A stretch of DNA of 64,000 nt from Selaginella moellendorffii. Its lineage: Eukaryota; Plantae; Lycopodiophyta. The notes below the pieces were generated by a model. That model saw nothing but the letters and a program-made list of their open reading frames with translations. It did not search any database and had not been told where the DNA came from. Each line of letters starts with the position of its first letter. The stretch's first letter is position 1. Of this stretch, positions 11,981 through 25,629 are shown one piece after another. The stretch is from contig NW_003314453.1 of the NCBI RefSeq assembly GCF_000143415.4, positions 30,267 to 94,266 on the forward strand, written 5' to 3'. The position numbers were made by a program, and so were the translations under genes.

Positions 11981-12730
11981 AAAAACACTGGATATTTCAA
12001 TTGGCTCCAAAACTGTAAAACAATTGTAAATCACAAAATTTGTGAACCAGCCAGTTCTCGCCTCTATAGGATGATCCTTTTGACAGCAGAATAGTACGCA
12101 ATGGCCAACTCAATCCAAGGCACTGGAATTTGAAGACATTGCAGCCAATTCTTGGAGATCTTCCCCATCTACAAGAACAAACAATGGAGGCTGAAGTGGA
12201 ATCCAGTGAAGTTTACCTTCCATGTACCAACTTATAGCATGGCAGGAGAGTCCCGCAGCCAAGTCGTGGTGTAGGCGTACTTCATCATGAGATTGAGCAG
12301 TGGCCGCTCCATCACCTGCTCTTGATTCGACACAAACACATCCAGCCGAAACCAGAGTCACTCGTGGGACTCGATGTCTGTGACACAGGAACGCCACCTG
12401 TTTACTCCTCCCATTTTCTCCTTGGCCTCGTTCTGGATGAAGGCCCGGTCCTCGAGGATGGCAGCATGCTCTTTTTGCAGCGATGCTCCTCTCGCCCCAT
12501 GTTTGCCCCAATCTGCCCGATCGCCCTAAAAAATTTCACTTGATTTGGAACGTCATTAAAATCACATTGAAGCGTTGCCACCCCTTTGGCACTTGATCTA
12601 TGCCATTTATTTCAAGTTTTTGAATTTCAACCGTTAGATTATAAGTATATTCAGAAATAATATTCTAAAAATGGAATAAAAGACGCCGGATGCCATATGC
12701 CAATAGCACGTTTAAATAAGGGAGTATGAT

Positions 12731-13278
12731 TGCTTTTCTTGGACTCATAATACTATTGTATTTTATAACTCATTTCCCTTACGTGTCCTTCCCACTTGGT
12801 CATCTGGACTAATATTATTTATTCAAATCACTAATTTGAAATAGGAACACTGTTCTTTAACCCACCAAAGAGCTTGTTCTTGATTATCAGCCATGGAATC
12901 ACCTAATGATCCTATATAGATAGCTTAATAGGTTTATCAATAGGCACTAGGTTCATTGAACCTCTAAATTGTTGACCATGACTTTGGGGCCATCCCCCAC
13001 ACTTGGTAGTGTGCCTAACCTAGCCTTTCTAACCAAAAGGTTTATAACAACTAAGATTAGGTGTCACCATCTCATTCACCACATCTTTGGTGTCACTTAC
13101 ACCAAAGTGTTCAAGTTAAATATATCAACCTTTCACACTAAGCAACCTAACTATGCATCACAACTCCAGGGCATCCCCCCATTTGGTAGTGTGCCCAAGC
13201 CAGCCTCCTTACTGAGAGTCCATGACCATTGAAAAATGAGTGTTCTCATATTCCAAACTTTCCCTACACCCTAGTGAG
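12731..13278 (-). mobile_element. Old internal-region fragment of the LARD-like family (Helitron B 5' end abuts it)
   Basis: Collinear with 46300-46850 (ggactca...cccacttggt...ggggcatcccccacacttgg...gagagtccatgacca...ccctagtga). Confidence 0.75.
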
Positions 13279-13365
13279 TATAAGCTCTTGGATTTTGGAC
13301 TTTCCGGGAAGTCACCCAACCCAATACTATTCAAACCCAAGGACGTTTAACCTCAACTATCCCAA
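13279..13365 (-). mobile_element. Truncated Cassandra LTR (5S-like half)
   Basis: tataagctcttggattttggactttccgggaagtcacccaacccaatactattcaaacccaaggacgtttaac. Confidence 0.75.
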
Positions 13366-14589
13366 CAGCAAGGAAACAACTCTAGAAAAAGTTGACGGTG
13401 ATCACACTATGTGAGAAATGCACCAATTTAAATGAGTTAAGGTACCCTCTTTGTCTAACACAGATGCGCTACCAACTCAGACACCTTCTGGCTGTCACCG
13501 ACAAATAAATGACTAATGGAGTTAGCCACCTTTGTTGCTTTGGGTGTCACCTAGCTTACAAAAGTGTGATATACCCCTACCTATAGGGATATAGAGAGAG
13601 AAGATAGAAGCCTCAACCCTCTTGAGCAAAAAAACCAAATATATTGGTAAGGTTTAGATAAACTACTCCAACGCCATCTACTCTCCTGAAGATTGCTTCT
13701 TTCTTAAGAAACCCTCACCAAAGTTTAGCCCGAAAGAGAAAAACAAGTACCCTAGTCTTGATCTTTCAACATTTTCCCTGTAAGTAAGTTAGAAAGAGCT
13801 CGGCCCTATCTACCCTCTATTTCAAAAATTTGGGAAGAAAACACCTTAATATCCCGAGAGATCCAATAAAACATAGCATAGAACACCAATATTATGGAAA
13901 AACATCTACATGTCACCAATCTAGATTGATACCAAGGCACCATTAGTATTCTCAGAAAGCCTAGGACCAAAAGCACTTCCAAAAACAAATGGAATCCAAA
14001 ACAAGGCTTGGAGAAGTATAAATTCCTACTACAAAGATGCCCCTATCTAGTTGGAGAAGAAAATCCTTTTACATACCATAAATTTGCCTAAATCTAGCCC
14101 CAAGAATCACCACTACTTGTAGATCTAGGCTAAATTTACAAACCCAAAGGCACTACTTTGAGAAATTGAGCTGAGAATCTAGGCGAGAAAGTGAAAACCT
14201 CAAAATGTTCACTAAACTAAGCCAACAAACATTATATCTCCTCAAATATTGCACAACTTGATGAGTGCCATACCTTGCTGGAAATAGGATTTCAAGACCT
14301 ATTCAATGCGCCCAAGATCAAGAAAAACTGCTGCATGACAAACAAGAAATTGCTCCTCAAAGCTGCGACTGAAATGAAAAAAGAGAAATTGTGCCATATA
14401 AAGAAATACACATTCACGTTGGGTTCCCCATTTGTTAGGGGAAGGAGAGGTGCCTCCTTAAATGCTCACTCAAACACAAGAAATGCTCCAATGCTCTTCA
14501 CAAATGCCCCTCCTTTGCCCTTATGGGGCAAGGGTTTTCCCAGAATCAGAATATTCCCTCTCACTCTCACATTTTCTAATTGGCCATGC

Positions 14590-15859
14590 CCTAACAAGTG
14601 TTGGGGGTGTACTTAAAGGATGAATTGGTGTTCTTATTATATGGAAGGATAGTTCTAAAGGGCAAAAATAGCTTACATGGAACAAAGAATGATCAAGTGT
14701 CAGAGTAACATTTGCAAAAGATGGTCCTTATGAATTAGTCCAAACATGTTTTTGCTAATTTTTTAGGACCATTCTTTGACTCCACTAAGTCATCTAGCTT
14801 TTAAACTTTGTTAATCCGACGACACATAAGGTTTTAGCCTCAAAAATATTTTAGAGGTGCCACCATACTTGAATACCACTTTTTGTATTTATGTCCTAGG
14901 TGTATTGTATCCTAAGAAGGATTTAGAGGATCATGAGATCTAAGTATGAGAATAATGAGTATTTCATTGATGCCAGGATATGCCATACTAAAGTTATGGA
15001 AAGGTGTTCATGGAAGAAAGGAACTTTGGCAAGGAGTTGTGTGTGAACATTGTGTTGCATTGCTAACCAATAGTTGGCATAAGAAATGACTACTATTGTC
15101 TTACCAAAACTTAGACACAAATGGGAAGTGTCATGAAGGTAGGCTTATAAAACCAATAGTGTGGAAACACAAAATGTTTTAAGGGTGATTCTTTGAGTTC
15201 AAGTTGGTTGGTTCATGAGAACCCCTTGCTAAAAGAATTGTAATGAAAACAGGATTGGCATAGCTTAAGCTGTAATATATGCAATTCAAGTGTGTTGATC
15301 CAAATATTGATGGAGGTGTTGAAACACTAGCAATGAATTGTAGGATTTGATAATTATGAGGTAACTAAGCAAAATGTGTGGTATAATTAATTAGATTGGT
15401 GGAAGCTAACATCTCAAGATTTCTTATTAGGGTAAGGAGGTTACATATATCGCTTGGGGGATAAATTATTTATATTGCAATCTAGTAAGTCAATGTTGTA
15501 AAAGGAAATGCTCATTATCAAAGAAGTTTATCTTGGGACACCTAAACACTCTAAAACACTTAGAAGGTTGTGTTTGGTATTATAAGGGTATTAAGTAAGG
15601 CCCACGGGACTAAATCCCTTATAGTAGTCTATAGCATAGTCATGTGTCTTTGGAGGGCAAAAAATAATGGATAGGAAATGCTATCTAATATCCAAAATTG
15701 CAAAGACAAAGCTAAAAGGATTTTAATCAGGCTAGTGACAAGTATACAGAGGCTTGTCAATGGGTATATAGTAGTAATGTTAATCCCAGTGTATTGAGGA
15801 ACCACTCCCTAAGAAATAGAGTATAGTCATCCTTAAGAATATTTACTAAGTCATAGTAG
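14590..15859 (+). mobile_element. Decayed LARD-family internal region (resumes about 17375-18100)
   Basis: Homologous to 28730-29900 (gttggggg.tgtactta..gatgaattggt.ttct; ggttcatgagaacccct; gggactaaatccct). Confidence 0.7.
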
Positions 15860-17374
15860 TGTAAGTGACTAAATTTTCCATTCTACTTTATTCACTTAAC
15901 CACACCTCTAAGCACTTGGAGGAGTCTCACTCACAACCTCTATAAATCTTATTTTGGACTTGAGGCTTGTTAGCCCCGAGAATGGTATCCACGCCACTCA
16001 ACTTTTGCACTTGGTCCAAGTGTTCCATGTGTTAAATCCCATGATCGACACTCAAAGGTACCATTGACATATCAGCCCATTACGCTAAAGCCATGCCCAT
16101 TCACCTTTGTTATATTGGTGGTTTAACACCACCTGCATCACAGTCCCATCTCTCAAAGACTGGGCCATTCGTCCATGAGTGATCACCCTAGATCCACTCT
16201 TTAGCATCCTTAGGATGCCCACAAACACGGGGAATAGCCTTCCCCAATATCCTTTTTACAGTCCCTACCAAGTCTGTTTTCTATCCATAGCCGTATTCGC
16301 CAATACTGCCACTGGGTCAAGGCTCACAAGCCCAACCACTAAGTCCCATTATCCTCTAGGACTTCCTCACCATGTGACTGTATCCTTAGTCACTACACTA
16401 GAGGACTGTTCCTCTTCCTTTCCACAGTTTGAGACTTTGGGACAACATTTCTGAACACTATGGCCCTACACAAACCTCATGGGTACTCTTCCCACCTTCT
16501 ACCTTTGGGTGCTCTAGCCATGGGGCTAGAGCGAGGTTTTGTTGAGCCACACTAGGTATCTAAGTAGGTAGTGCTACCATGCTTGGACTGGGAGCATCGA
16601 CTATTCGATCTCCCGAGGGAACTAGAGTCGGCTCTTGAACACTTCACACCAAGCTACCCCGCTCGGACTTGGTCTCAGTCTTGGACTCGGTTCCATCTTG
16701 GACTCCATCTCAGACTCCATCTCAGGTCCATCTCGGACTCCATCTCAAACTCCATCTCAGACTCCATCTCAGGTCCATCTCAGACTCCTTCTCGAGTCCA
16801 TCTCAAACTCCATCTCGAGTCCATCTCAGACTCCTTCTTGGGTCCATCTCAGACTCCATCTCGGGTCCATCTCAAACTCCATCTCGGATCCATCTTGGAC
16901 TCTATTTCGGACTCCATCTTGGGTCCACCTCAGACTCCATCTTGGGTCCATCTTAGACTCCATCTTGAACTCCATCTCGGACTCCATCTTGGGTCCATCT
17001 GGGGTCCATCTCGAACTCCATCTCGGGTCCATCTCGGACTCCATCACAGGTCAATCTCGAACTCCATCTCAGACTTCATCTTGGACTCCATCTCGAGTCC
17101 ATCTCAAACTCCTTCTTGGGTCTGTCTCGGGTCCATCTTGACACTTGTACGTATCATGTGTTGGTCCTCTTGTGTCCCTTTTCTAGAGACTCATTTACTA
17201 CTTGCTTCATGCTTGTTTGTTGAGCAATTCGTTGGGAGGTCCACTCCTACTCTCGACTTTTCAAGGTTGAGTTTTTAATCCAACTATGTTACGCTCATTT
17301 GGCTTCCGCCTCAGCCACTACCACGTGGCACCCTTTCAGCTTCTCTTTAGGGCTTAGGGATTTTGTGTCTCACA
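15860..17374 (-). mobile_element. Solo LTR of the LARD family
   Basis: TGTAAGTGACTAA...TTTTGTGTCTCACA, collinear with 43854-45383, including the ctccatctcgga minisatellite. No clean TSD (agtag/gataa). Confidence 0.85.
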
Positions 17375-19859
17375 GATAAAAAGTGCAAAGCTAGCCTCTT
17401 GGTATGAAGGAGAATATCTGAAGTGAATGTATAAGGCCAATAACAAGTTGTAAAGAGATAGAATTAAAGCATAGTAATCGAAGGGCATAATTAAAGGTGG
17501 TTATGCAAATTAAGAGTGTAGAATCAAGTGGGTGCTCAAAGGTGTTGTTATTAGCAATTTTGGTGCCATATTATTATGGAACCTTGGTTAGAAGGGTTAG
17601 CTTGGGCACACCACCAAGTATGGGGATGTCCCCAGGTCATGGTCAACAACTTAAAAGTCTGGGAGACCTAGTACCTTTTAGTAGACATGTTAACATGTCA
17701 ATATTAGATCACTAAGTGATCCTATGGCTAAATAAAGATAAATTCTTTATTAAGTTAAAGAATAAATTTCCTAGTTCAAAGCGTTGATTTGAACTGTTGG
17801 TGTGACTTGGTCAAGGTGACCAAATGGGAAAGACACCCATGGTACCTATGCAAACACTGAAGTAGGTAAATTGTTTATAGAAGCTATGTGCTTTGGTGTA
17901 AGTCAAAAGTAAGACAAATTGAAGCCATGTGCTTTGGTGTAAGACAAAAGTAAGAAAAATTGGAGCTGAAGGTGTGCCATGTGGCAGTAGCCATGGTGGA
18001 AGTCCAACAAGCATAAGATGTCTAGACTAAAAGCTCGAACTCAAAGAGTCGATAGCTAGTATGGAACTCCTAAAGAAGCACTTTAGAAATGAGCATAAAA
18101 TAATTGATGTGTCGATGTCCAAGTCTCCCCCTTGAGCCAAATGTAAAATAGAGTTTGTGGGGTGCCATTGCCAGCAAATCTCACTAAAACACAAGAGCCA
18201 CTTGGTCCTCCACTCCTCTAATTGACTTGGTTTCACTTGCTCTTTTAGGATGGCATAATGAAGATACACCACTGCAAGAGTGAGTCTCCATCACAATGCC
18301 ACCACCAAATGACAGTGATTCTGTGCCTCCCAAAGGGCTTGCACACCTGTAGCTCTTCAGATAAACTAGCACTTATGGCCCATCACCTCCCATATCAACA
18401 TGCCAACTTCAGCCCCTATCTTATCCCACTGTATCACATGCTCTATCCATGATGATCTTGAGACTGAATATGTCTCTATGCTAGACTAGTGGCTAGACCT
18501 TGTGCTCCTTCAAACCAGTGGAGAACATCCCCACTCCAAGCCTCAAACTCCAAAACATCTCCTAATTCTTGTGTCACCTTGAGGATCTATCACTATACCT
18601 ATCTCACCATATTACATTCTCATAGAATATGCTGCACTATCTCTTGTTCACCACACTCGCACCACTGGCATGCATCCTCTTGGAACTGCTACCCCACCAC
18701 TAGTAACTTGTTGTTCACTGCCAACCAAGAGGTGGCCTTGAAAGAATATTCAACAAAGTCTACATTCAATAGAATCAAGAAACATACACATCAGTCCACT
18801 CTAGAATCATCATCCACTACAGGAAGTTAATAGAAAACCAAGATAAAACCAAACTCTATATACATGGATACTCATCTTTGAACTTTCCTAGATCTCCAAC
18901 ATCTATCTAGATAATAAAGACATTTGCCAAAGAGAAGAAAAACAACACCACCTTCAATACGAAGTACAATGAATCTAACTTCTAACCTTTCCATTACAAC
19001 AAATCAAAGAAATCATCATATGACAATTCTTCAACAAATCTTTTACACCCACTGGCACAGCTATACACAAATTACAAGACAAAGTAATACAAAGAGGAAC
19101 TTGGGCAAAAGAATGCTGGATGCTGTAACTATTAGCTAAAGAAATCTGCTAGAATCTATATCTCGACACATAGACTACGATTGAAGATAAAAGAATACAA
19201 GAATCAAGAATCTGGAAACCTATTTCAACAAAAATCTTGAGGACAACAACACTTAGAATACAACTACTACTTAGCTTAGATTTTTCAAATATTACTATTA
19301 TCTAGAGAATGCAGACGCTCAAAGTGACTATATGCAAGATATTATACAATATAATTAGAGGTAAGTCACAATTACTTTACAACAACTTAACACAACAAGG
19401 ACTTGTAAAAAGAGTAGCCATAGTATGCACCCTTGTTTGATCCCAAAGTTGGTGAATAACAACCTTATTGATGATTGATCAACTTTACTGAGTTGAGTAC
19501 GACATAGCAACACAAATACCAACACAGAAGATCGTGTTAGTCTACACCACACAATTCTATAGCTACATAACATTTCTTCGAGAAAAACACAACAAAAAAA
19601 AGACAACAACAACAAATCCAACAAAATAAATTCAGGAAAGCAAATTCAAGAAAACAATAGCTTGAGAAAATTCTAGCACAACAAGCACAAACCCGACTCA
19701 CTCAAGATGCAAGAATGAGATCAACAACAAAAAAATCAAGAAAGTAAAAGACAACTCTAGCAACCTTCAACACTAAAGAAATAATAGAAAACTCAACCTC
19801 AAGAAGAAATCCTTGACATGATATTCAACAGCTACGACAAAACAAACCAAGCAACAAAA

Positions 19860-20960
19860 GTAGTCTGAGACCAAGTCCGAGAACAAACCAAGCAATACAA
19901 GTAGTCACGAGACTAAGACTTAGTCCGAGTCCAAGTCCAAGTTCAAGACTGAGTCCGAGTCTAAGTCCAAGTTCGAGTCCGAGTCCGAATACTAATACAG
20001 ATTGTTGGGTGAAAGCTCAAAGCGATCATCCCCCAGCCCCCAAGCGGGTGGGGGTGGGGGGGTGGGGGCTGTAGGGGGTTCCAAAAGTATAGTAGGGAGA
20101 GTGTGGGGGTTGGACTCCAGTAGAACTAGTTTCAATAGGAAAGGCCAATGTGGTTCAAGGCTATAGTAAATATGGACAGACAAGTGGGGTAACTTGGTGA
20201 AGTGTTCAAGGGCCAACTTGAACTCCTCCAGGAGATCGAATGGTCAATGCTTTCAATCTAGTGTGGGTGGCACTACCTACATGGATACATTGTATGGCTC
20301 ATCAAAACCTCACTCTAGCCCCATAGCTAGGGCACCCAAAGGCAGAAGGTGGGGAGAGTACCCATGAGGCTCATGTAGAGTCATGGTGTTTCGAAATGTC
20401 ATCCCAAAATCCTAGACTGTGGAAAGGAAAAGGAGTAGTCCATTTGTGTAGTGACTAAGAATATGGTTATATGGTGAGGAAGTCCTAGAGGTCAGTGGGA
20501 CTTAGTGGCCGGGCCTTTGGGCCTTGATCCAGTGGCAGTGTTGATGAGTACGGTTGTGGATGGGGATTTGGTGAGAACTGAAGAAGGGAAATTTGGAAGG
20601 AGTGCTCCCCATATCTCTGGGCATTTTAAGGTGCTAAGGTGTGGTCAAGGGATGACTACTTATTGATAGAGGACCTAGTCTTTGAGAGATGGGATTGTGA
20701 TGTAGGTATTCTTGGACTACTAATATGATAAGGGTGAATGGGCATGGCCTTAGTTTAACAGGCTGATATGTTAGTGGTACCTTGGGGTGTCAGTCATAGG
20801 ATTGGACATGTGGAGCACTTGGACCAAGTGCAAAAACTAAGTGGCCTAGATGCCATTCATGGGGCTATTATATGCCCAAGTCAAAAATAGGATTTATGGA
20901 AGTTGTAAGTGAGACTGCTCTAAATGATCAAAGGTGTGGTGGGAAAAATTAGTTGCTTAT
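19860..20960 (+). mobile_element. Truncated LARD-family LTR (3' part)
   Basis: gagtcc hexamers followed by sequence collinear with 27310-28233, ending ggaaaaattagttgctta. Confidence 0.75.
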
Positions 20961-22729
20961 GCCTTCATCAGTTCATGGGGCGCTTATGCTTATCTATGAA
21001 TGCCTTTTGGTCTTTTTAATGCACTGTTTACTTCCCAAAGACTTCATCAAAGATTATGCAAAGATTGCAAAACCCCTCATCGAGCTTTTCAAGAAAAATC
21101 ACGTCTATGACTAGACTCAAGACTGTCAACAAGCATTCAACATGCTCAAGAATTCGTTAACAAGAGCTCCAATACTCACCCAACCAAACTAGGACAAAGA
21201 CTTCACCATACAAGTTGACACCATTGATTATGTCATTGGAGCAATACTTTATCAATAATAACTAGACCTCAAAGATTGACCAATTTACTATGCTAGCTGA
21301 ACACTCAACTCAGTTAAGATGAACTACACCACCACCAATCTCCTGAGTTTGGACTTCTCGGGAGGTCACCCAGCCTAGTACTATTCAAACTCAAGAATGC
21401 TTAACCCCAAATATCCCAAACCCTTAACCAATTGACACTTTTGTTCATGGGCCCTTTCCTTTTATATTTAAACCCCTATGGATTGTCTCTTGAGTCATTC
21501 TTTTGGTTCTTTATAGAATAGTTTACGCACCACAAAATTTTGACACTACCTACTCGGCACTAAAGTCAAAATCATGATGGACCATAAAGCACTTCTACAC
21601 TTCCTCAACAAGACCATCCTCACCAATAGAATTGCCTGATGTTCCTAGTACTTCAAGAGTACAACTTTGAGATAATTTATAAACCTGACAAACAACATGA
21701 ACAAGCCAACCACCTCAACTGCATTATAACTGGCGAATAACCAAAACACAATATGGATGACTTTCCTGACTCTAAGATACTTCACATCCACACATCACTA
21801 ACATAGATGGATGACATTTACTACCATCTCACAACAGCAACAATACCAAGTCAATACTCCTCTGATCACCATAAGAAATTTGTTTTGAGGACAAGACCAT
21901 ATTCAGTCATGGGAGGAAAACTATATAAGAAAGGACGAGACAAAGTACTACAAAGATAATTCACAAAAGAAATTATAGCTAGAAATTTTTTGCAAGTAAG
22001 ACTTTGGTGGCCAACACTTTCACACAACTCAGCAAAATTTTGTCGAGAATGTGATATTTGTCAATGAACCAAGTATGTGTTAAAGAAACAAACTCAAGAG
22101 CTTCATCCAACAACACCATTGGAACCATTTCAATGATGAGGACTCAACTTCATTGGACCACTCATAACAAGTTCCAGATGAAACAAGCACATCCTTATAG
22201 TGACTAACTACATTACAAAATGGGCCAAAGCTCAACCAATGAAAATTGCAATAGCAAAGAACACAGTAAAGTTCAATCATCACAAAATACCCACGGATCG
22301 AAGAACACACTTCATCAATGAAACAATTAAGATTCTAACTCAAAAATTCATAATCAAGCATAAGGCTTCAACACTATACTACCCTCAAGGTAATAATCAA
22401 GTAGAGTTTACAAATAAGAACCTCAAGAACATCCTCAAAAGAATTGTGAATACAAATTAGAAAGACTAGGATGATTGCAGCCACGACGCCCTATGGGCAT
22501 ATCAAACCGCATATAAGGTCTCAACAAACTCAACACCATTCAAGCTCTCCTATGGCTTAGAAGCCTTGACACTACTAGAGTATATTGTTCCTGTAATACA
22601 CTACAATGTCAACCAAGAAGCATTAGTGAAGAAAAGATTAGCAATACTAAAAAAGCTTGACAAAGAAAGACTACAAGCAATTTGGACACTTGAAGCTATT
22701 CAAGATTGGAGAAAAGCCAACCATGACAG
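20961..22729 (+). pseudogene. Decayed Ty3/Gypsy pol (RT end, RNase H, integrase core) of an old host element
   Basis: FIKDYAKIAKPL, LTRAPILTQP, MDHKALLHFLNK, TNYITKWAKAQP, PTDRRTHFINETI, STLYYPQGNNQVEFTNKNLKNIL and ALWAYQTAYKVSTNSTPFKLSYGLEA, with many stops and frameshifts. Confidence 0.8.
21337..21513 (-). mobile_element. Cassandra solo LTR (degenerate) inserted in the RNase H region
   Basis: tcctgagtttggacttctcgggaggtcacccagcctagtactattc...catgggccctttcc...ttttggtt. Confidence 0.8.
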
Positions 22730-24640
22730 TGTGAGACACAAATCCCTAAGCCCCAAAGTGGAATAGAAAGGGTGCCACATGGTAATGGTCAAAGTGGAAG
22801 TCCAATAAATGTAACATGTTTTGACTAAAGGCTCCGACTTCAAAAGTCAAGAGTGGGAGTGGAATTTCAAATGAATTGCTTAAGGGATGAGCATGTAGCA
22901 ATGACCAAGGATATAGTTGTGTGATGAGGAAGTTTTAAACGTCAATAGAACTTAGTGGTCAGGCCTTTGAGCCCAGACCTAGTGGTGGTGTTGGCAAGCA
23001 CTGCTAGGGACAAAGAAGGATTTGGTGGGGTCTAAAGAAAGGATATTTGGGAAGGGTGTTACCTATGTCTCCGAGTATCTTAAGGATGCTAAAGTGTGGT
23101 CATAGGATGACCACTCATGAACGGATGATTTAGTCTTTAGGTGATGGGACTGTGGTGTAGGTGGTCTTGGACTATTTGTGTGATAAAGGGGAATGAACAT
23201 AGCCTTAGCATAACAGGCAAATATGTTGATAGTACCTTTGGGTGCCTATTGTGGGATCAAGCACATAAAGCACTTAGACCAAATGCTATGGCAAAGTGGC
23301 ATAGAGGCCATTCACAAGGCTAGTAAGTCCTTAAGTCGGGAATAGGGCTTATGGAGGTTATAAGCGAGACACCTCCAAGTGGTTGAAGGTATGGTTAAGT
23401 GACTAAAGTAAAATGGAAAATTTAGTCACTTACAATTTAGTATCTGAGTTGTTCCTTACTCCAACTTTTATTGGTGGTCGAGTATTTCACTAGTTGTATT
23501 GGCATCAGAAAGTCCGGGCCTATCCTCGAGGAGTAGCATGTAGAGATGGCATAACTCTCCACTTTAATTTATATGTGAATATATAGGCAATATGATGGGG
23601 TTAATAAGGGAATAACTTTAGGATTTTGGGAATAGTATAAGGTTTTCCTTAAAGAGTTGAGGATGTGATCCAAATGAGCATTTGACTTAGTAAACTTGTT
23701 AACATGGTTGTGATAAACAACTATAGTTAGGATTATAGGGATGAAGACTTTAAGACTATAAAGGAGTTATAGGATTATCCTCATATAGTTGAGGATGGTG
23801 CTTATTTGAGACAAGAATAAGAATGAATTTGAGATGAGAATTAATGATCAAATATAGAAGAGGACATAAATCTTTGAAATGATAGCCAAGGTTATATTTA
23901 ATAAATGCTGGAACAACCCAAGGAGTTAGGAGGTGTGCTTAGAGGATGAATTGGTATTTTCATCATATAAATAGATAGTCCTAAAGGGCAAAGGTAGTCT
24001 ATATGGAATAAAGAATAATCAAGTGTTGGAGTAAAACTTGCAAAGATGGTCTTTGTGAGTAAGACATGAATATAAAAAGTGGTATTCTAGCGAGCTAGCA
24101 CCTCAAAAGTAGTCATAAGGCTAAGACTTTACGAGTCATCAAATTTGCAAAGTTCAAAAGCTAGATGACTCAAGTGGAGTCAAGAGTGTGATGACCCAAA
24201 TAATGATGTAACTATGAAAATATTAATAATGAGTTGTAAGACTTGATAACTATGAGACAACTAAGTAAAAGATGCAACATAATTGACTGGATTGGTAAAA
24301 GTTAACTCCCCAAAACTTATTATTAGGATAAAGAGGTTAAATATATCCCTTGGGGGGATAAATTGTTTATGTTATCATATAATAAGTCAATGTTGTAAAG
24401 GAAAATACTTATTGTTAAAGAAAGCTATCATTGGGACACCTAAATATTTTAAAACACCAAGAAGTGGTGTTTGGTAACATGAGAGCATTAGATAAGGCCC
24501 AAGGGACTAAATCTTTAGCGAATAATAGATAGTAGGTGCTATCTAATAGAAGTCCATCTATCTGAATTGGACAAAACCAAAAGGGATTTTGACAAGGCTA
24601 GTGAAAGGGATATAAAAGCCCATGAGTAGCAATATTAATC

Positions 24641-25629
24641 TGTAAGCAACCAAAGGGAACGACTTAAGAGATGGTCCATAAGGTTCAAATATAGAGGGAA
24701 AGGGCCCATGAACAAGAGTGCACCCCCTTTTCCAAACGGTTAAGGGTCTTGGGATACTTGGGGTTAAACGTCCTTGGGTTAGAATAGTACTGAGTTGGGT
24801 GACCTCCCGGGAAGTCCAAACTCAAAAGCTTACATTTGGTATCGGAGCGGTCTTAGGTCCGACTCTATTGGTTGGCTAGGATAATCACACCACATGTTGA
24901 TTAACATCTGGCTGGTCCAGTTTGCTCCCGCTGGGCTCGACTCGAGGGGTAGGGTGTCAAGAGAGCAGGGCTCTCGGGAGAGTTGTGGCTCTCAGCTTCC
25001 ATTCACGAGGGCGTGAACTTGCAGGGAAGCGTGGTAGATTGTAAGCAACCAAAGGGAACGACTTGAGAAACGGTCCATAAGGTTCAAATATAGAGGGAAA
25101 GGGCCCATGAACAAGAGTGCACCCCCTTTTCCAAACGGTTAAGGGTCTTGGGATACTTGGGGTTAAACGTCCTTGGGTTAGAATAGTACTGGGCTGGGTG
25201 ACCTCTCGGGAAGTCCAAACTCAAGAGCTTACATTTGGTATCAGAGCGGTCTCGGGTCCGACTCTGTTGGTTGGCTAGGATAATCACACCACATGTTGAT
25301 TGACATCTGGCTGGTCCAGTTTGCTCCCGCTGGGCTCGACTCGAGGGGTAGGGTGTCAAGAGAGCGGGGCTCTCGGGAGAGTTGCGGCTTTCAGCTTCCG
25401 TTCACGAGGGTGTGAACTTGCAGGGAAGCGTGGTGGATTGTAAGTAACCAAAGGGAACAACTTGAGAGACGGTCTATGAGGTTCAAAAGAGGGAAAGGGC
25501 CCATGAACAAGAGTGCACCCCTTTTTCCAAATGGTTAAGGGTCTTGGGATACTTGGGGTTAAACGTCCTTGGGTTAGAATAGTGCTGGGTTGGGTGACCT
25601 CCCGGGAAGTCCAAACTCAGGAGCTTACA
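24641..25629 (+). mobile_element. Cassandra TRIM tandem array: LTR-int-LTR-int-LTR
   Basis: LTRs at 24641-24834, 25040-25233 and 25439-25629 (TGTAAG...GCTTACA), with a 399-bp period. PBS TGGTATC(G/A)GAGC, a purine-rich tract before each downstream LTR, and TSD TAATC on both sides. Confidence 0.95.
24763..24817 (+). promoter_or_regulatory. 5S rRNA-derived internal control region (A box to C box) within the Cassandra LTR
   Basis: GTTAAACGTCCTTGGGTTAGAATAGTACTGAGTTGGGTGACCTCCCGGGAAGTCC is about 46/55 identical to the recalled plant 5S segment GTTAAGCGTGCTTGGGCGAGAGTAGTACTAGGATGGGTGACCTCCTGGGAAGTCC. Confidence 0.9.

Larger units (their letters stand above)
6072..12729 (-). mobile_element. Composite non-autonomous Helitron B (about 6.7 kb) with several internal 3' ends
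   Basis: The 5' end is A|TCATACTCCCTTATTTAAACGTGCTATTGGCA at 12730/12729 and the 3' end is hairpin+CTAG at 6072. It has no TIR, TSD or RepHel ORF. It carries SDR and peroxidase fragments and AT-rich subterminal DNA. Confidence 0.8.

Noticed and set aside
6072-12729. Autonomous Helitron (RepHel)
   Set aside because: No HUH Rep or Pif1 helicase motifs in any frame in the window.
13366-14590. Additional retroelement fragment
   Set aside because: The composition suggests decayed LTR-element DNA, but no termini, PBS or domain could be pinned down.
24763-24817. 5S rRNA gene
   Set aside because: Only about 55 nt of the internal control region is present, inside TG...CA LTRs with PBS and TSD. This is Cassandra, not rDNA.
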